This document shows positions 44,612 through 53,691 of a stretch of DNA of 64,000 bases, piece after piece. The first letter of the stretch is position 1, and each line of letters opens with the position of its first letter. The notes under the pieces were generated by a model. It did no database searches. It saw only the letters and a program-made list of their open reading frames with translations, and was not told the origin of the DNA. The stretch is from Chloroflexota bacterium (GTDB lineage: Bacteria; Chloroflexota; Anaerolineae; Anaerolineales; E44-bin32), in NCBI GenBank assembly GCA_022561385.1, contig JADFRG010000003.1, positions 66,049 to 130,048 on the forward strand. The letters are read 5' to 3'. The translations under genes were made by a program, and so were the position numbers.

Positions 44612-46390
44612 TCAGTGCAACGGCGAAATCATGAGGTCATCGCCGAAAGTCGGATAAGCAAAATCTGTTGCTCCGCTGCCGATGGTCGCGAGCTGTGAAT
44701 CGGCGAGCTCCGTCAACCCAATCGGCGCGGACTTCGAGCTCGGATCCTGATCGGAAGGTGCTGGGATGGTGAGCAAGTATCCGACCGGCAGAATCGTCGA
44801 ATCGTTGAGGGCGTTCACCCGCAGGATGTCATCCGCAGTGGTCCTGTGCTGGTCGGCAATCGCTGGAAGGGTATCGCCCGCCCTGACGGTGTACGAGGCC
44901 ACAGAGGGCGACCAAGCGGCCAAGTCGGTTCGCCTGAGCACATCGAACCCGCCAAGACCGGTCCGGCGGCGCCAGCTCCCGCAGTTTTCACAGGTACTGC
45001 GCAGCACCCCTGCGTCTGGATCCATCGGGTCGTACAGCAGAACCCGTTCGATCCAAAAATCCCCATTTGCCTGTTCTTGATTTGTGACTGTGTAGCTACG
45101 GCCATCGCCATCCACTTCAGTGACGACGAACATATGCGAGAAGGCGCCACGGCCTGAGTACGTGAAAAGAAAGTCGCCGGGATAAAGCGGCCACTCCGAG
45201 AAATCAAAGCGCTCAATCGATTGGGTGAACCGGTGGATTCGGTATTGGTCGCTCGGGAACAGGGACCATGGCCGGCCGTTAGTGAGGGGATCGGCCAGCC
45301 AGTAATTGGCGAGGTCGGTGACCGGCCCGGCCGCGCTTGGCAGAAGCCCGGCGTGCTGAAGAATGGCTGCGGCCAGCGGCCCACACATGTTGGACGGATC
45401 CTCATATCCATACCGTTGAAAACCAATCGCCCGTGCGACTTGTTGGGTCTCTTCCCGAGAGCCGGTAACAAATTTCTGGGCTGTCGTGCGGAGCCTGTCC
45501 TGCCAGCCCAATAAATCCTGTGAAGGCTTGGTCTGCAGCTCGCGAAGGTCGCCGAATCCGGCTTCGCGCATCCAACTGCATATAATCGGCCCGCCGTGTG
45601 GGTCTGTGGCGCCGGCCGAATCGAAGTAGCCCTTCCTTCCGGCGAAATACCCATACTTGCCCAGCAGTTGGTCGAGTGCCTGTCTCGAAAGTTCTCTATC
45701 GCCTATGGCCACCGCGTGAACATGGATTTCGGAGCCGGGGTAGAGCTCGTCCTCATCACGCAGCCAGGCCGCAAAACCCGCGGCTCGAAGCGCTCTAACA
45801 ACCCCCTCGATCTCACCATAGAGGACCCGTTGCGTTTGAGGATGCTTGACCGAAATATCCAGAACCCCGCGGTCACGATGCGGGTCTGGCATTGGGAGCT
45901 TGCCAGGGTGATCGATGGAGACGATCGCGGTTTCCGTCAGATCGATGGACCCGCCGTAGATCTGCCCGGCCTGTTGAAGCATCCCAAAGGTGCGAACGCT
46001 CAGCACCCGTTCTCCTACTTGGACCGGGGAATAATCCTCCACAGGGGAGCCGCAGCCGGCCGGTTCGAATCTGGCTGTCACGGCAGTAAAGGGGACTAGC
46101 TCCTCCAAGGAAGACGGCTCGGCTTGGGGCGGGCCATCGGAATTGGAATGGGTGGTTACAGCAGCCGGAACAAGTGGCACGATCGGCTGGGATTGGGTGA
46201 TTGAAGATAAAGGCGTCCGGGTGAGCGATGGGTCGTCCTGGCCATCCGCTTCTGATGGCGCATTTTCGGGCGCGATCGTGGTGATCGCAACCGCCACGGC
46301 AAGCACAACAAAGATCGCTTTCACCATGGAAAGCAGGATCGCCGAAGCGATCAGAGGCAGACGGAGATCGGCGTTGCCGACGATTAGCAT
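44612..46390 (-). CDS. membrane-anchored multidomain cell-wall protein with C-terminal LysM
   Basis: TM at the N-terminus. LysM is YTVRAGDTLPAIADQHRTTADDILRVNALNDSTILPVGYLLTIP. The central region has a Cys/His pair (NMCGPLAAA ... FSHMFVVTEVD) suggestive of a papain-like/NlpC-type peptidase, which is unverified. Confidence 0.7.
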   Translation of the reverse strand: MLIVGNADLRLPLIASAILLSMVKAIFVVLAVAVAITTIAPENAPSEADGQDDPSLTRTPLSSITQSQPIVPLVPAAVTTHSNSDGPPQAEPSSLEELVPFTAVTARFEPAGCGSPVEDYSPVQVGERVLSVRTFGMLQQAGQIYGGSIDLTETAIVSIDHPGKLPMPDPHRDRGVLDISVKHPQTQRVLYGEIEGVVRALRAAGFAAWLRDEDELYPGSEIHVHAVAIGDRELSRQALDQLLGKYGYFAGRKGYFDSAGATDPHGGPIICSWMREAGFGDLRELQTKPSQDLLGWQDRLRTTAQKFVTGSREETQQVARAIGFQRYGYEDPSNMCGPLAAAILQHAGLLPSAAGPVTDLANYWLADPLTNGRPWSLFPSDQYRIHRFTQSIERFDFSEWPLYPGDFLFTYSGRGAFSHMFVVTEVDGDGRSYTVTNQEQANGDFWIERVLLYDPMDPDAGVLRSTCENCGSWRRRTGLGGFDVLRRTDLAAWSPSVASYTVRAGDTLPAIADQHRTTADDILRVNALNDSTILPVGYLLTIPAPSDQDPSSKSAPIGLTELADSQLATIGSGATDFAYPTFGDDLMISPLH

Positions 46391-46622
46391 AAGCCCGGTG
46401 TTGACCCGGTCGAGAAATGAAATGCCCGCTGTCCCTTACCGACAACGGGCCACTCCAGACCGCGATCAAGGTAGCACGAGATCCGACCTCGCAGCCTTAC
46501 ACTTGATTAACAGCCCGCCAGATCTGCCCTACAGATGGGGTGGGGGATCCCGACTTCAGGGCGGGCCTCCGACAACCACGGCCTTAATGCGGACGATGAT
46601 TTCCCTAAGATCTAGGAGGGGG

Positions 46623-46742
46623 AGGTTTTTGGTCCAGGCGAGACGACTATGATCGAAGCCCCCGGAGCCTCAACACCGAGAGGGGTGAGACCGAAACGCC
46701 GCTTTCGATCCTGGAAAAGTGGTATACAAAAGGCGAGATCAG
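46623..46742 (+). pseudogene. remnant of a SHOCT-module C-terminus (diverged copy of 41531-41650)
   Basis: GGFWSRRDDYDRSPRSLNTERGETETPLSILEKWYTKGEI versus GGFGSSRDDYGRSPRGHNTEMGETETPLSILKSRYARGEI. No start, and the frame decays after it. Confidence 0.6.
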
Positions 46743-46935
46743 GGCCTGCATGCCCCCGTCGGGGTATCCCGGCAGGCTCGAATTCGTGTGCTGTGAGGCC
46801 TGCAGTATTAGCAGAAAGGCGACTGCGCCGGCGCCTTCCCGGCCGGGGGAAGTGCCGAAATTCACGCGTGCCTTAGGGTCACCGCTCTGAACACCGTCCC
46901 CCGACCCAAGATCAATGAGTCTCGAATGCCGAGCG

Positions 46936-47349
46936 TCATCCCACCGAGTCAGGGGAGAACGTGTAACACCATGCCACACCCTCCAAGACCGTCTCGCCAT
47001 CGGCGCGTGTCACGGTGATCGCCAGCTCGGTAACCGGCTTGGATTCGTGTACGCTGAGAACTTTGGCCTCCGCGGTGACCGTATCACCGATAAAAACCGG
47101 GGCCGTGAACCGCCAATCCTGGCTGAGGAAGACGGTGCCGGGCCCGGGCAGGTCTTCGGCCACAAGAGCATGAAGCAGGCCGGTCGTCAGGCCGCCTTGC
47201 ACCACTAATTTCCCAAACCGAGTGCCGGCCGCAAATTGCGCGTCAAAGTGCAGAGGATTACGGTCCCCTGTCAGCTCAGAATATGAGAGCACGTGCTCGG
47301 TTGTGAAGGTATTGCTTCGCCGAGCGGTCTGACCCACGTAAATATCCAT
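46936..47349 (-). CDS. MaoC-like (R)-specific enoyl-CoA hydratase / hotdog-fold dehydratase
   Basis: 137 aa. SELTGDRNPLHFD...FGKLVVQGG motif. Confidence 0.85.
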   Translation of the reverse strand: MDIYVGQTARRSNTFTTEHVLSYSELTGDRNPLHFDAQFAAGTRFGKLVVQGGLTTGLLHALVAEDLPGPGTVFLSQDWRFTAPVFIGDTVTAEAKVLSVHESKPVTELAITVTRADGETVLEGVAWCYTFSPDSVG

Positions 47350-47389
47350 CCCACATCACCTTTCTAACAACGGGTCGGATTGGGTGAGT

Positions 47390-48628
47390 CTATCCGCGGC
47401 CCACGGCCAGTCGTTCTGCGGCCGGTAACCGGCGCAACGCGAGCATCCCCCAAATACCTACCGCAGGCCCAATCGCAAGGAACGCAAAAGCCCATTCCCA
47501 GCCGATCCAAGAAACAAGACTTGGGATCAAGCGGATCGTGAAGAGCGTCAGGAGAAAGCCCATGCTGGTTTGAAGCGTCAATGAGGTTCCAACATACCGC
47601 TGGTCGGTGAGCTCGCTTACGCTTGCCGAGAATTGGGCGGAGTCGGCCACTACTGCGAATCCCCACACCAGGCTCAGCGCGATCAGCGGTATGGGTGGTC
47701 CGCCAAATAAGAGGCCGACAATCAGGCAGCACGCGCCACTAATTCCCATTAGCAGCGAAGTAATGACCGTCCTACCCATCCGGTCAGCGAGCAGACCGGC
47801 AAGCAAGCTCCCGAGAGCGCCGGCTGCGAAGACTGCAAAGGAAACCAGGCCGGCAAAGCGAGCGTCCAGACCAATCGAGGCAAAGCTGGCCACCAAAAAA
47901 ATCGGGAGCCAGGCCCACATGGCAAAGAGCTCCCACATGTGGCCCAAATAACCAAGGTTGGCGAGCATGATTTCGCGTTTGCGCAGGATCACGCCCACAT
48001 GACGCCAGTTGAAGTGCGGCGCCGGCGCCGCAAAGGGTCCCTCCCGAATGAAAAGCGCCGAGACGATACATCCGACCGCGGCCAGTGCCGCCGACAGATA
48101 AAGCGTAAAGGTCCAGTGCCCAAGCCCTCCGGCGGCGTTAAGCAGGTGCGGCGCACCCGATCCGAGTGTGAGCGCACCCACCAACAGACCAATCCCGAGC
48201 CCGCGGTCGGATTTGGTCCAGGTGGCCATGATCTTCATTCCGACCGGATAGACACCGGCTAGGACCAACCCCGTCAAGAAGCGAAGCAACAATGCGAGGC
48301 CCAAACCCTGGGCCAATATCGGAATCAACGCGGTTGCCAGGGCCGCAAGCCCGGCTGAGATCGACATCATCCAGCGCGAGGGCAGCCGATCGGCCAGGCC
48401 GAGCAGCGCCGAGCCGAAAGCCCCCACAACAAAGCCAATCTGAACCGACATCGTCAGCCAGGCACGCCCTGAGTCGTTCAGCCTCCAGACTTGAGTCAGT
48501 TGCGGCACTACCGCGGAAGCTGAAAACCACACCGACATGCTCAGCAGCGTGGCCACAGACAACAGCAACAGCGTGGGCCGCTTGCCGACGACCAGGGCTA
48601 GGCGAGGTCGAGCTAGTACTTTGCCCAG
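47390..48628 (-). CDS. MFS transporter
   Basis: About 12 hydrophobic segments. The track start is TTG 48568. The frame stays open upstream and GAAGGAGG plus an 8-nt spacer precedes CTG 48628 (MGKVLARPRLALVVGKRPTLLLL), so the start is uncertain. Confidence 0.75.
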   Translation of the reverse strand: MGKVLARPRLALVVGKRPTLLLLSVATLLSMSVWFSASAVVPQLTQVWRLNDSGRAWLTMSVQIGFVVGAFGSALLGLADRLPSRWMMSISAGLAALATALIPILAQGLGLALLLRFLTGLVLAGVYPVGMKIMATWTKSDRGLGIGLLVGALTLGSGAPHLLNAAGGLGHWTFTLYLSAALAAVGCIVSALFIREGPFAAPAPHFNWRHVGVILRKREIMLANLGYLGHMWELFAMWAWLPIFLVASFASIGLDARFAGLVSFAVFAAGALGSLLAGLLADRMGRTVITSLLMGISGACCLIVGLLFGGPPIPLIALSLVWGFAVVADSAQFSASVSELTDQRYVGTSLTLQTSMGFLLTLFTIRLIPSLVSWIGWEWAFAFLAIGPAVGIWGMLALRRLPAAERLAVGRG

Positions 48629-48691
48629 GTAGGACGCCTCCTTCTCTCCGCGTTCAGTGATTGGAACCCGGCACCACCCAGTTTCGATTGG

Positions 48692-50746
48692 CTATTTGAG
48701 GGTCTCTGTGTTGTCGCCCTGAACCATCTGGCGAATCTGTTCCACCACTTCGGGGTTGGCCAACGTGGTGACATCGCCGATATCCCTGGCGTCAGAGATG
48801 GCCGCCAGGACGCGGCGCATGATCTTTCCGGACCGCGTCTTCGGCATATCAGGCACGATATGCACACGTTTGGGTCGAGCAATCTTCCCAATCTCCGTCT
48901 CGATCGCGGCCACCACCGCCTCCTGAATCTTCTTGCTCGGCTTGTATTCAGGTTTCAGTGAGATGTAGGCGTCCGGTACGCGCCCCTTGATATCATCCGC
49001 CATTGGCACAACGGCTGCTTCCGCAACTTCTGGAACTAACAAACACGCCGACTCGAGTTCTTTCGTGCCCAATCGATGTCCGGCGACGTTGATCACGTCA
49101 TCAACCCTGCCCAAAATCCGATAGTAGCCATCGTCGGCCTGAATTGCGGCGTCTCCCGTGAAGTAGGGCCAGTCTCTCCAGTCTTTGCTCTCCGGGTTCC
49201 TGCAGTATTTCTCGTAGTAGGTTGAGACGTACCGCTTGCGGTCCCCCCAGATCGTCTCGAACCCCCCCGGCCAGGGGTTCTGAATGCAGATGTTTCCCGC
49301 CTTCCCCGAACCGCGTTCGATCACACTGCCGTCCTCGTCATAGATGATGGGATGGATGCCCGGCATCCCCGGGCCCGCACTCCCAGGCTTCATCGGATGG
49401 ATGGCCGGCATCGTGCTGCAGAGGAAGCCTCCCGTCTCGGTTTGCCAGTAAGTGTCCACGATCACCGCTTTGCCTTTGCCAACGGAGTGGTAATACCATC
49501 GCCAGACCTCCGGCTCGATCGGTTCGCCAACGGTGGTCATGTGCTTAAATTGGAACTGGTACTTACCAGGTTCGTCCGGACCGGCCTTCCTGAGCATCCG
49601 GATCGTTGTCGGCGCCGTGTGAAATATGTTGACCCCCAATCTCTCGGCGATCCTCCACGTTCGCCCGGCGTCCGGATAGGTCGGTACTCCCTCATACATT
49701 ACGGAAGTGGCCGCCAGCGAAAGCGGCCCGTACACGATGTAAGAATGGCCCGTAATCCATCCGATATCCGCCATGCACCAATACACATCTTCGGGGTGGA
49801 TATCCTGCACATATTTCGAGGTGCCCGCAACATATGCAAGGTAACCGCCCGTATTGTGTTGACAGCCTTTCGGCTTCCCCGTGGTACCGCTCGTGTACAT
49901 CAGGAAGAGCGGCGCTTCGGCCGGCATGGATACGGGTTCGATGCGGGCGCCGAGATAGTTGGGAAGCAGCTCGTCCACGAAGAAGTCCCGGCCCTTTACC
50001 ATCTTTGACTTCGAGACGTATTGTCCGGGGTACCGCCGCCAGACCAACACCTTGTCGACGACCTGACCTTCGTTACCGGCCACCTGAACTGCTTCGTCCG
50101 ACTTCACCTTGTGGTCAAGTAAATCGCCCGCGCGATGGTAGCCGTCCATCGTTATCAGAATTCGAGAACCCGAGTCCGCGATCCGTTCGCCGCACGACTT
50201 GCCACTGAACCCTCCGAAGACTTCGGAATGAATTACACCCAGCCGGGCGCAGGCGAGCATGGTGATGGGCAGCTCGGGGACCATGGGCAGGTGCAGCGTC
50301 ACCCGGTCGCCGGCCTTGAGGCCCGCAAAGTCCTGGAGCAGCGCCGCGAGCTCATTCACCCTGACGTAGAGCTCTTGGTAGGTGAGGGCCACATCCGCTT
50401 CTTCCTCCGGCTCCGGCACCCAGATGATGGCGGCCTTATTCCGGTGGTTTGGGAGGTGACGGTCGACGCAGTTGTAGCAGGCATTGATCCGCCCGCCCAC
50501 AAACCAACGCCAGCTGGGGGCGTTGCTGGTGTCGAGAGTCGTATGCCAGTACTTGTCCCACGTAAGTAAGTCTGCGTATTCTTTGAAACACTCGGGAAAG
50601 TTTCCGAGCCGAAATCGGTCGAACACCGCCTGATCGGTCTGATTGGCCTGGGCGATGAATTCCGCCGGTGGGTAGAAATACTCCTCTTCCTGCCAGTGAG
50701 CAGCGATTTCGGCTTCGCTAACTTCGATGCCTTCCTTATCGCTCAT
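48692..50746 (-). CDS. acs: AMP-forming acetyl-CoA (short-chain acyl-CoA) synthetase
   Basis: 684 aa. AMP-binding motif YTSGTTGKPKG, YWQTETGG, and C-terminal PKTRSGKIMRR. Confidence 0.92.
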   Translation of the reverse strand: MSDKEGIEVSEAEIAAHWQEEEYFYPPAEFIAQANQTDQAVFDRFRLGNFPECFKEYADLLTWDKYWHTTLDTSNAPSWRWFVGGRINACYNCVDRHLPNHRNKAAIIWVPEPEEEADVALTYQELYVRVNELAALLQDFAGLKAGDRVTLHLPMVPELPITMLACARLGVIHSEVFGGFSGKSCGERIADSGSRILITMDGYHRAGDLLDHKVKSDEAVQVAGNEGQVVDKVLVWRRYPGQYVSKSKMVKGRDFFVDELLPNYLGARIEPVSMPAEAPLFLMYTSGTTGKPKGCQHNTGGYLAYVAGTSKYVQDIHPEDVYWCMADIGWITGHSYIVYGPLSLAATSVMYEGVPTYPDAGRTWRIAERLGVNIFHTAPTTIRMLRKAGPDEPGKYQFQFKHMTTVGEPIEPEVWRWYYHSVGKGKAVIVDTYWQTETGGFLCSTMPAIHPMKPGSAGPGMPGIHPIIYDEDGSVIERGSGKAGNICIQNPWPGGFETIWGDRKRYVSTYYEKYCRNPESKDWRDWPYFTGDAAIQADDGYYRILGRVDDVINVAGHRLGTKELESACLLVPEVAEAAVVPMADDIKGRVPDAYISLKPEYKPSKKIQEAVVAAIETEIGKIARPKRVHIVPDMPKTRSGKIMRRVLAAISDARDIGDVTTLANPEVVEQIRQMVQGDNTETLK

Positions 50747-51578
50747 AAAAGGTCCCTCCTGTCGGCCCGATCTGATAGTTTACAAGATGAGTTTGCTAAT
50801 GTATGGATCGAATCGGATCTGCAGATCCGTCTGAGTTCCCTCACATTTGTACAACATTTGTCTCGTTTTTGAGAGGCGGGAGCATATCCAGCTCGCTTCT
50901 GCGAGCTCGTCATCGGAGACATGGCCACGATGATCCCAGCGGTCCTGGCGACCGCCATCCCGGTCACTGTAGCCAGGGTGATGATCATGGTGTTCACGCC
51001 GATCATCTGGAGTTGCGAGCGCAGATCAACCGTGACCAGGGCGGTTAGAGGTCGCAGCAATTAAAATAGAACTCAAATCTCAGATAGCCTCCCCGGGCCG
51101 GTGTGTCAGGGGTTCGCCTTCGTGAGTGTTCTGGAGGACAGGAACTTGGGAACACGAAAATGAGCACATTATTCGTGGCTCCTGAAGGCATCGCTCAAAA
51201 TTTGAACATAAGGTATGAAATGGCGCTCATTTTGAGCGGCCATGAGTAAAATGCATTGCACTGTGTCATAGGTCATGAAGCGGGGGGACCAAGCTCGCTT
51301 CAGGCGATTTAGCGACGAAACCGATCCATGATCCGCGGGCGTTTGGGGATCTAGCCGAATCCCATCGCCATGAGTTGACTGTTCACTGCTCTGGACCCAT
51401 AAAGAAGAAGATGAGGATTGCCGCGAGCCACGGACGCTTCATAAGTCACCTCCAAAGGATTTGATCACTATATTGTTTAACTGTCCAAGCTGGCGAAACT
51501 GTTCGGTCTACATCCACCAATCTGCATCGCACGAGCGCCTTGAGGGTCCATAACATTTACAATCCACACTTGGAAAAA

Positions 51579-51610
51579 AGGACAGGACCGACCGTCTATG
51601 TGTCCGTCCT
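51579..51610 (-). terminator. orphan intrinsic terminator oriented on the minus strand
   Basis: Minus strand: AGGACGGAC-13 nt loop-GTCCTGTCCT followed by TTTTTT. No minus-strand gene lies upstream of it. Confidence 0.4.
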
Positions 51611-51728
51611 ACCCAGCTGCGGCGTCAACGAGCGGCAGCTCCTCGGCCCGCCTCATGAAATCTGGGGCGCAGAGTCGGAGACCCATAGACTCTTGATCAT
51701 TCGCAGTCCATAGAGGAGGTTCACACAC

Positions 51729-52730
51729 ATGCCTAGCTTTGCGATCGCTACCAAGGGAGCATTGCTGCTTGTTCGGCAGGGAAATGTCGAACAGCATCTG
51801 CAGGGGCTGGCGCCCGAGTCGATTTCCCTCGATGAGACCGACCCAACCCGACAGTATGTTGGGACCTCGGGCAACGGTCTATGGCGCAGCAGCGACACCG
51901 GCCGCAGTTGGGAGCCGGCGGGCGCAGGCATTCCGCATAGCGAGATCACGGCAGTGGCGGTCGAGCGAGCAGGTGATGCGCGCCCTGGAGTCGTTTACGC
52001 CGGGACCGAACCCAGCACGCTCTCCCGCTCCGATGACGCAGGAGAGACCTGGCGCGAGTTGACGGCGCTCATGGACCTGCCCTCAGCCACCAGTTGGAGC
52101 TTCCCACCCAAACCCGAGACTCATCATGTGCGCTGGATCGAGGTCGATCCTACGGTCGAAGGAAGGCTGTACGTGGCAATCGAGGCCGGCGCGCTGGTTC
52201 GGTCGACCGACGGCGGCGACACCTGGCAAGACCGCGTAAGCGGCGGACCGATCGACACGCACACCGCGGCCACCCACCCAGCAGCGAGCGGACGTTTGTA
52301 TTCGGCTGCAGGAGACGGTTACTTCGAGAGCGATGATGGCGGGGATAGCTGGTCGCGACCAATGGATGGCCTACAACATGGCTACTTGGTCGGCGTGGCG
52401 GTGGATCCCGGGGACCCCGATACGGTGGTGGTTTCCGGCGCCTCAGGTCCGTATCTGGCATATCGGCCGAGCAATGCTGAGGCCTATATGTACCGAAGGA
52501 TGGGTGGGCGGCCATTTGAGCTGGCAATGGAAGGTTTGCCAAACGGGCGGGGCACTGTGGCCAGCCGGCTTGCGACGCGTGCGGATGAACCGGGCGTCTT
52601 CTACGCCGCCAACAATCACGGGCTGTTCCGCTCAAAGGACGGTGGGGTGAGCTGGAAGGCGCTCGAGATCGCGTGGCCAGATGGCGTGTTCCGCCGCGGC
52701 GTGGATGCTTTGATCGCCTTTCTTGAGTAG
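51729..52730 (+). CDS. BNR/Asp-box repeat beta-propeller protein (Ycf48-like)
   Basis: Repeated S-x-D-x-G-x-(S/T)-W boxes (SSDTGRSW, SDDAGETW, STDGGDTW, SDDGGDSW, SKDGGVSW). SD GAGGAGG. Confidence 0.75.
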   Translation: MPSFAIATKGALLLVRQGNVEQHLQGLAPESISLDETDPTRQYVGTSGNGLWRSSDTGRSWEPAGAGIPHSEITAVAVERAGDARPGVVYAGTEPSTLSRSDDAGETWRELTALMDLPSATSWSFPPKPETHHVRWIEVDPTVEGRLYVAIEAGALVRSTDGGDTWQDRVSGGPIDTHTAATHPAASGRLYSAAGDGYFESDDGGDSWSRPMDGLQHGYLVGVAVDPGDPDTVVVSGASGPYLAYRPSNAEAYMYRRMGGRPFELAMEGLPNGRGTVASRLATRADEPGVFYAANNHGLFRSKDGGVSWKALEIAWPDGVFRRGVDALIAFLE

Positions 52731-53551
52731 GGCGCCGCAGGGCCCGCTATTCATCAAATCGGCGGCGGGGGCCTTGCGCCACTAGTAGAAGGAGCCTTCC
52801 CGCCTGCTCAAGAGTTCATACGCTCTCTTGAGGGCCTGGCTGCGGTTCCACACCGGCCGTTGACCTTGATTTTCCATTTCGCGCGCAAAGGAGAATCGGC
52901 CTTGACTCTCCGCCTAAGTGAACGCGAACGGACCGGTTCAAGCGGTAACTAAGGGATTTGTAAATCTCATATCCGACCAGAGCCAGAAGCCAAACCTCAT
53001 CTTCCTTCCACAGCCGGTGACCATCCACATCCTGGAACGCCGGCTTTGGCAGTCGCCGTGAGACTGCAAGTCCCATATCAAACTCATGAACGGCCATTTA
53101 ATTTCCCGGCATCGCGCCCACGCAAGCGTCAAGAAGATTGCCGCAAATAAAACACCAAAGCATCAGAACGCAATGAACGGGAACAGCTCGGCAATTAGGT
53201 CAGTCACTTTTCAGAAGCCGGTGCGAGCACCTCTCCAATTATGGTGAGGTCGCTGCCTGATTGCCAAGCCTAAGAAATCCAAGTATGCCTCTGGCTCGAA
53301 GATGTTCCAGATTTCCACTGGGCGATAATCCTGGTCGCAGCGAAACTCTCCGCTACTCCCGTTATGCATGAACCGCCACCCGAGCAAGACAAAAAAGGCG
53401 TAAAGCCCCCGCTCGAGAGTGGGGCTCTGCGTTTTTCGCAGCTTCCTGACCGCTTGACAAGAGAGGGGGAGCGGTGGACCGTCTGAAATCCGTCGGCATT
53501 CCCAAATCGCTCGGCAACAGCCGAGCGGTCGGTTCGAAACTCGCACACCGT

Positions 53552-53570
53552 ATTCTTGACCGATCGGTAA
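53552..53570 (+). promoter_or_regulatory. TetR-operator-like inverted repeat overlapping a -35 box (copy 3)
   Basis: ATTCTTGACCGATCGGTAA. TTGACC, 17 nt, then TACAGT at 53579-53584. Confidence 0.5.
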
Positions 53571-53607
53571 AAATAAGATACAGTTTGGCCTCTCTCCGCT
53601 AGATCAA

Positions 53608-53652
53608 ATGGCGCGAACTGTGGATTGTGACCCCGATCGAGCTTTGGTTTGA
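53608..53652 (+). pseudogene. 14-codon remnant of a tetR 5' end (MARTVDCDPDRALV*)
   Basis: Part of the 53552-53647 segment, which is about 85% identical (my alignment) to the reverse complement of 59685-59781 (tetR promoter plus MARTKEFDPARALES). Confidence 0.55.
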
Positions 53653-53691
53653 ATCTAGCCTTCAGGCAACTGTGACGAGAAAGGACACACC

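Noticed and set aside
44815-46469. 279-aa and 198-aa alternative-frame minus ORFs, and plus-strand ORFs, inside the LysM protein gene.
   Set aside because: They are out-of-frame overlaps with a gene that has clear TM, LysM and coding features, and their products are low-complexity R/P/G-rich.
50743-51060. 105-aa ORF abutting the acs start.
   Set aside because: Only the first about 50 residues look membrane-like, and the remainder runs through the acs promoter/SD region. It is treated as a possible gene fragment inside the gap finding, not as a CDS.
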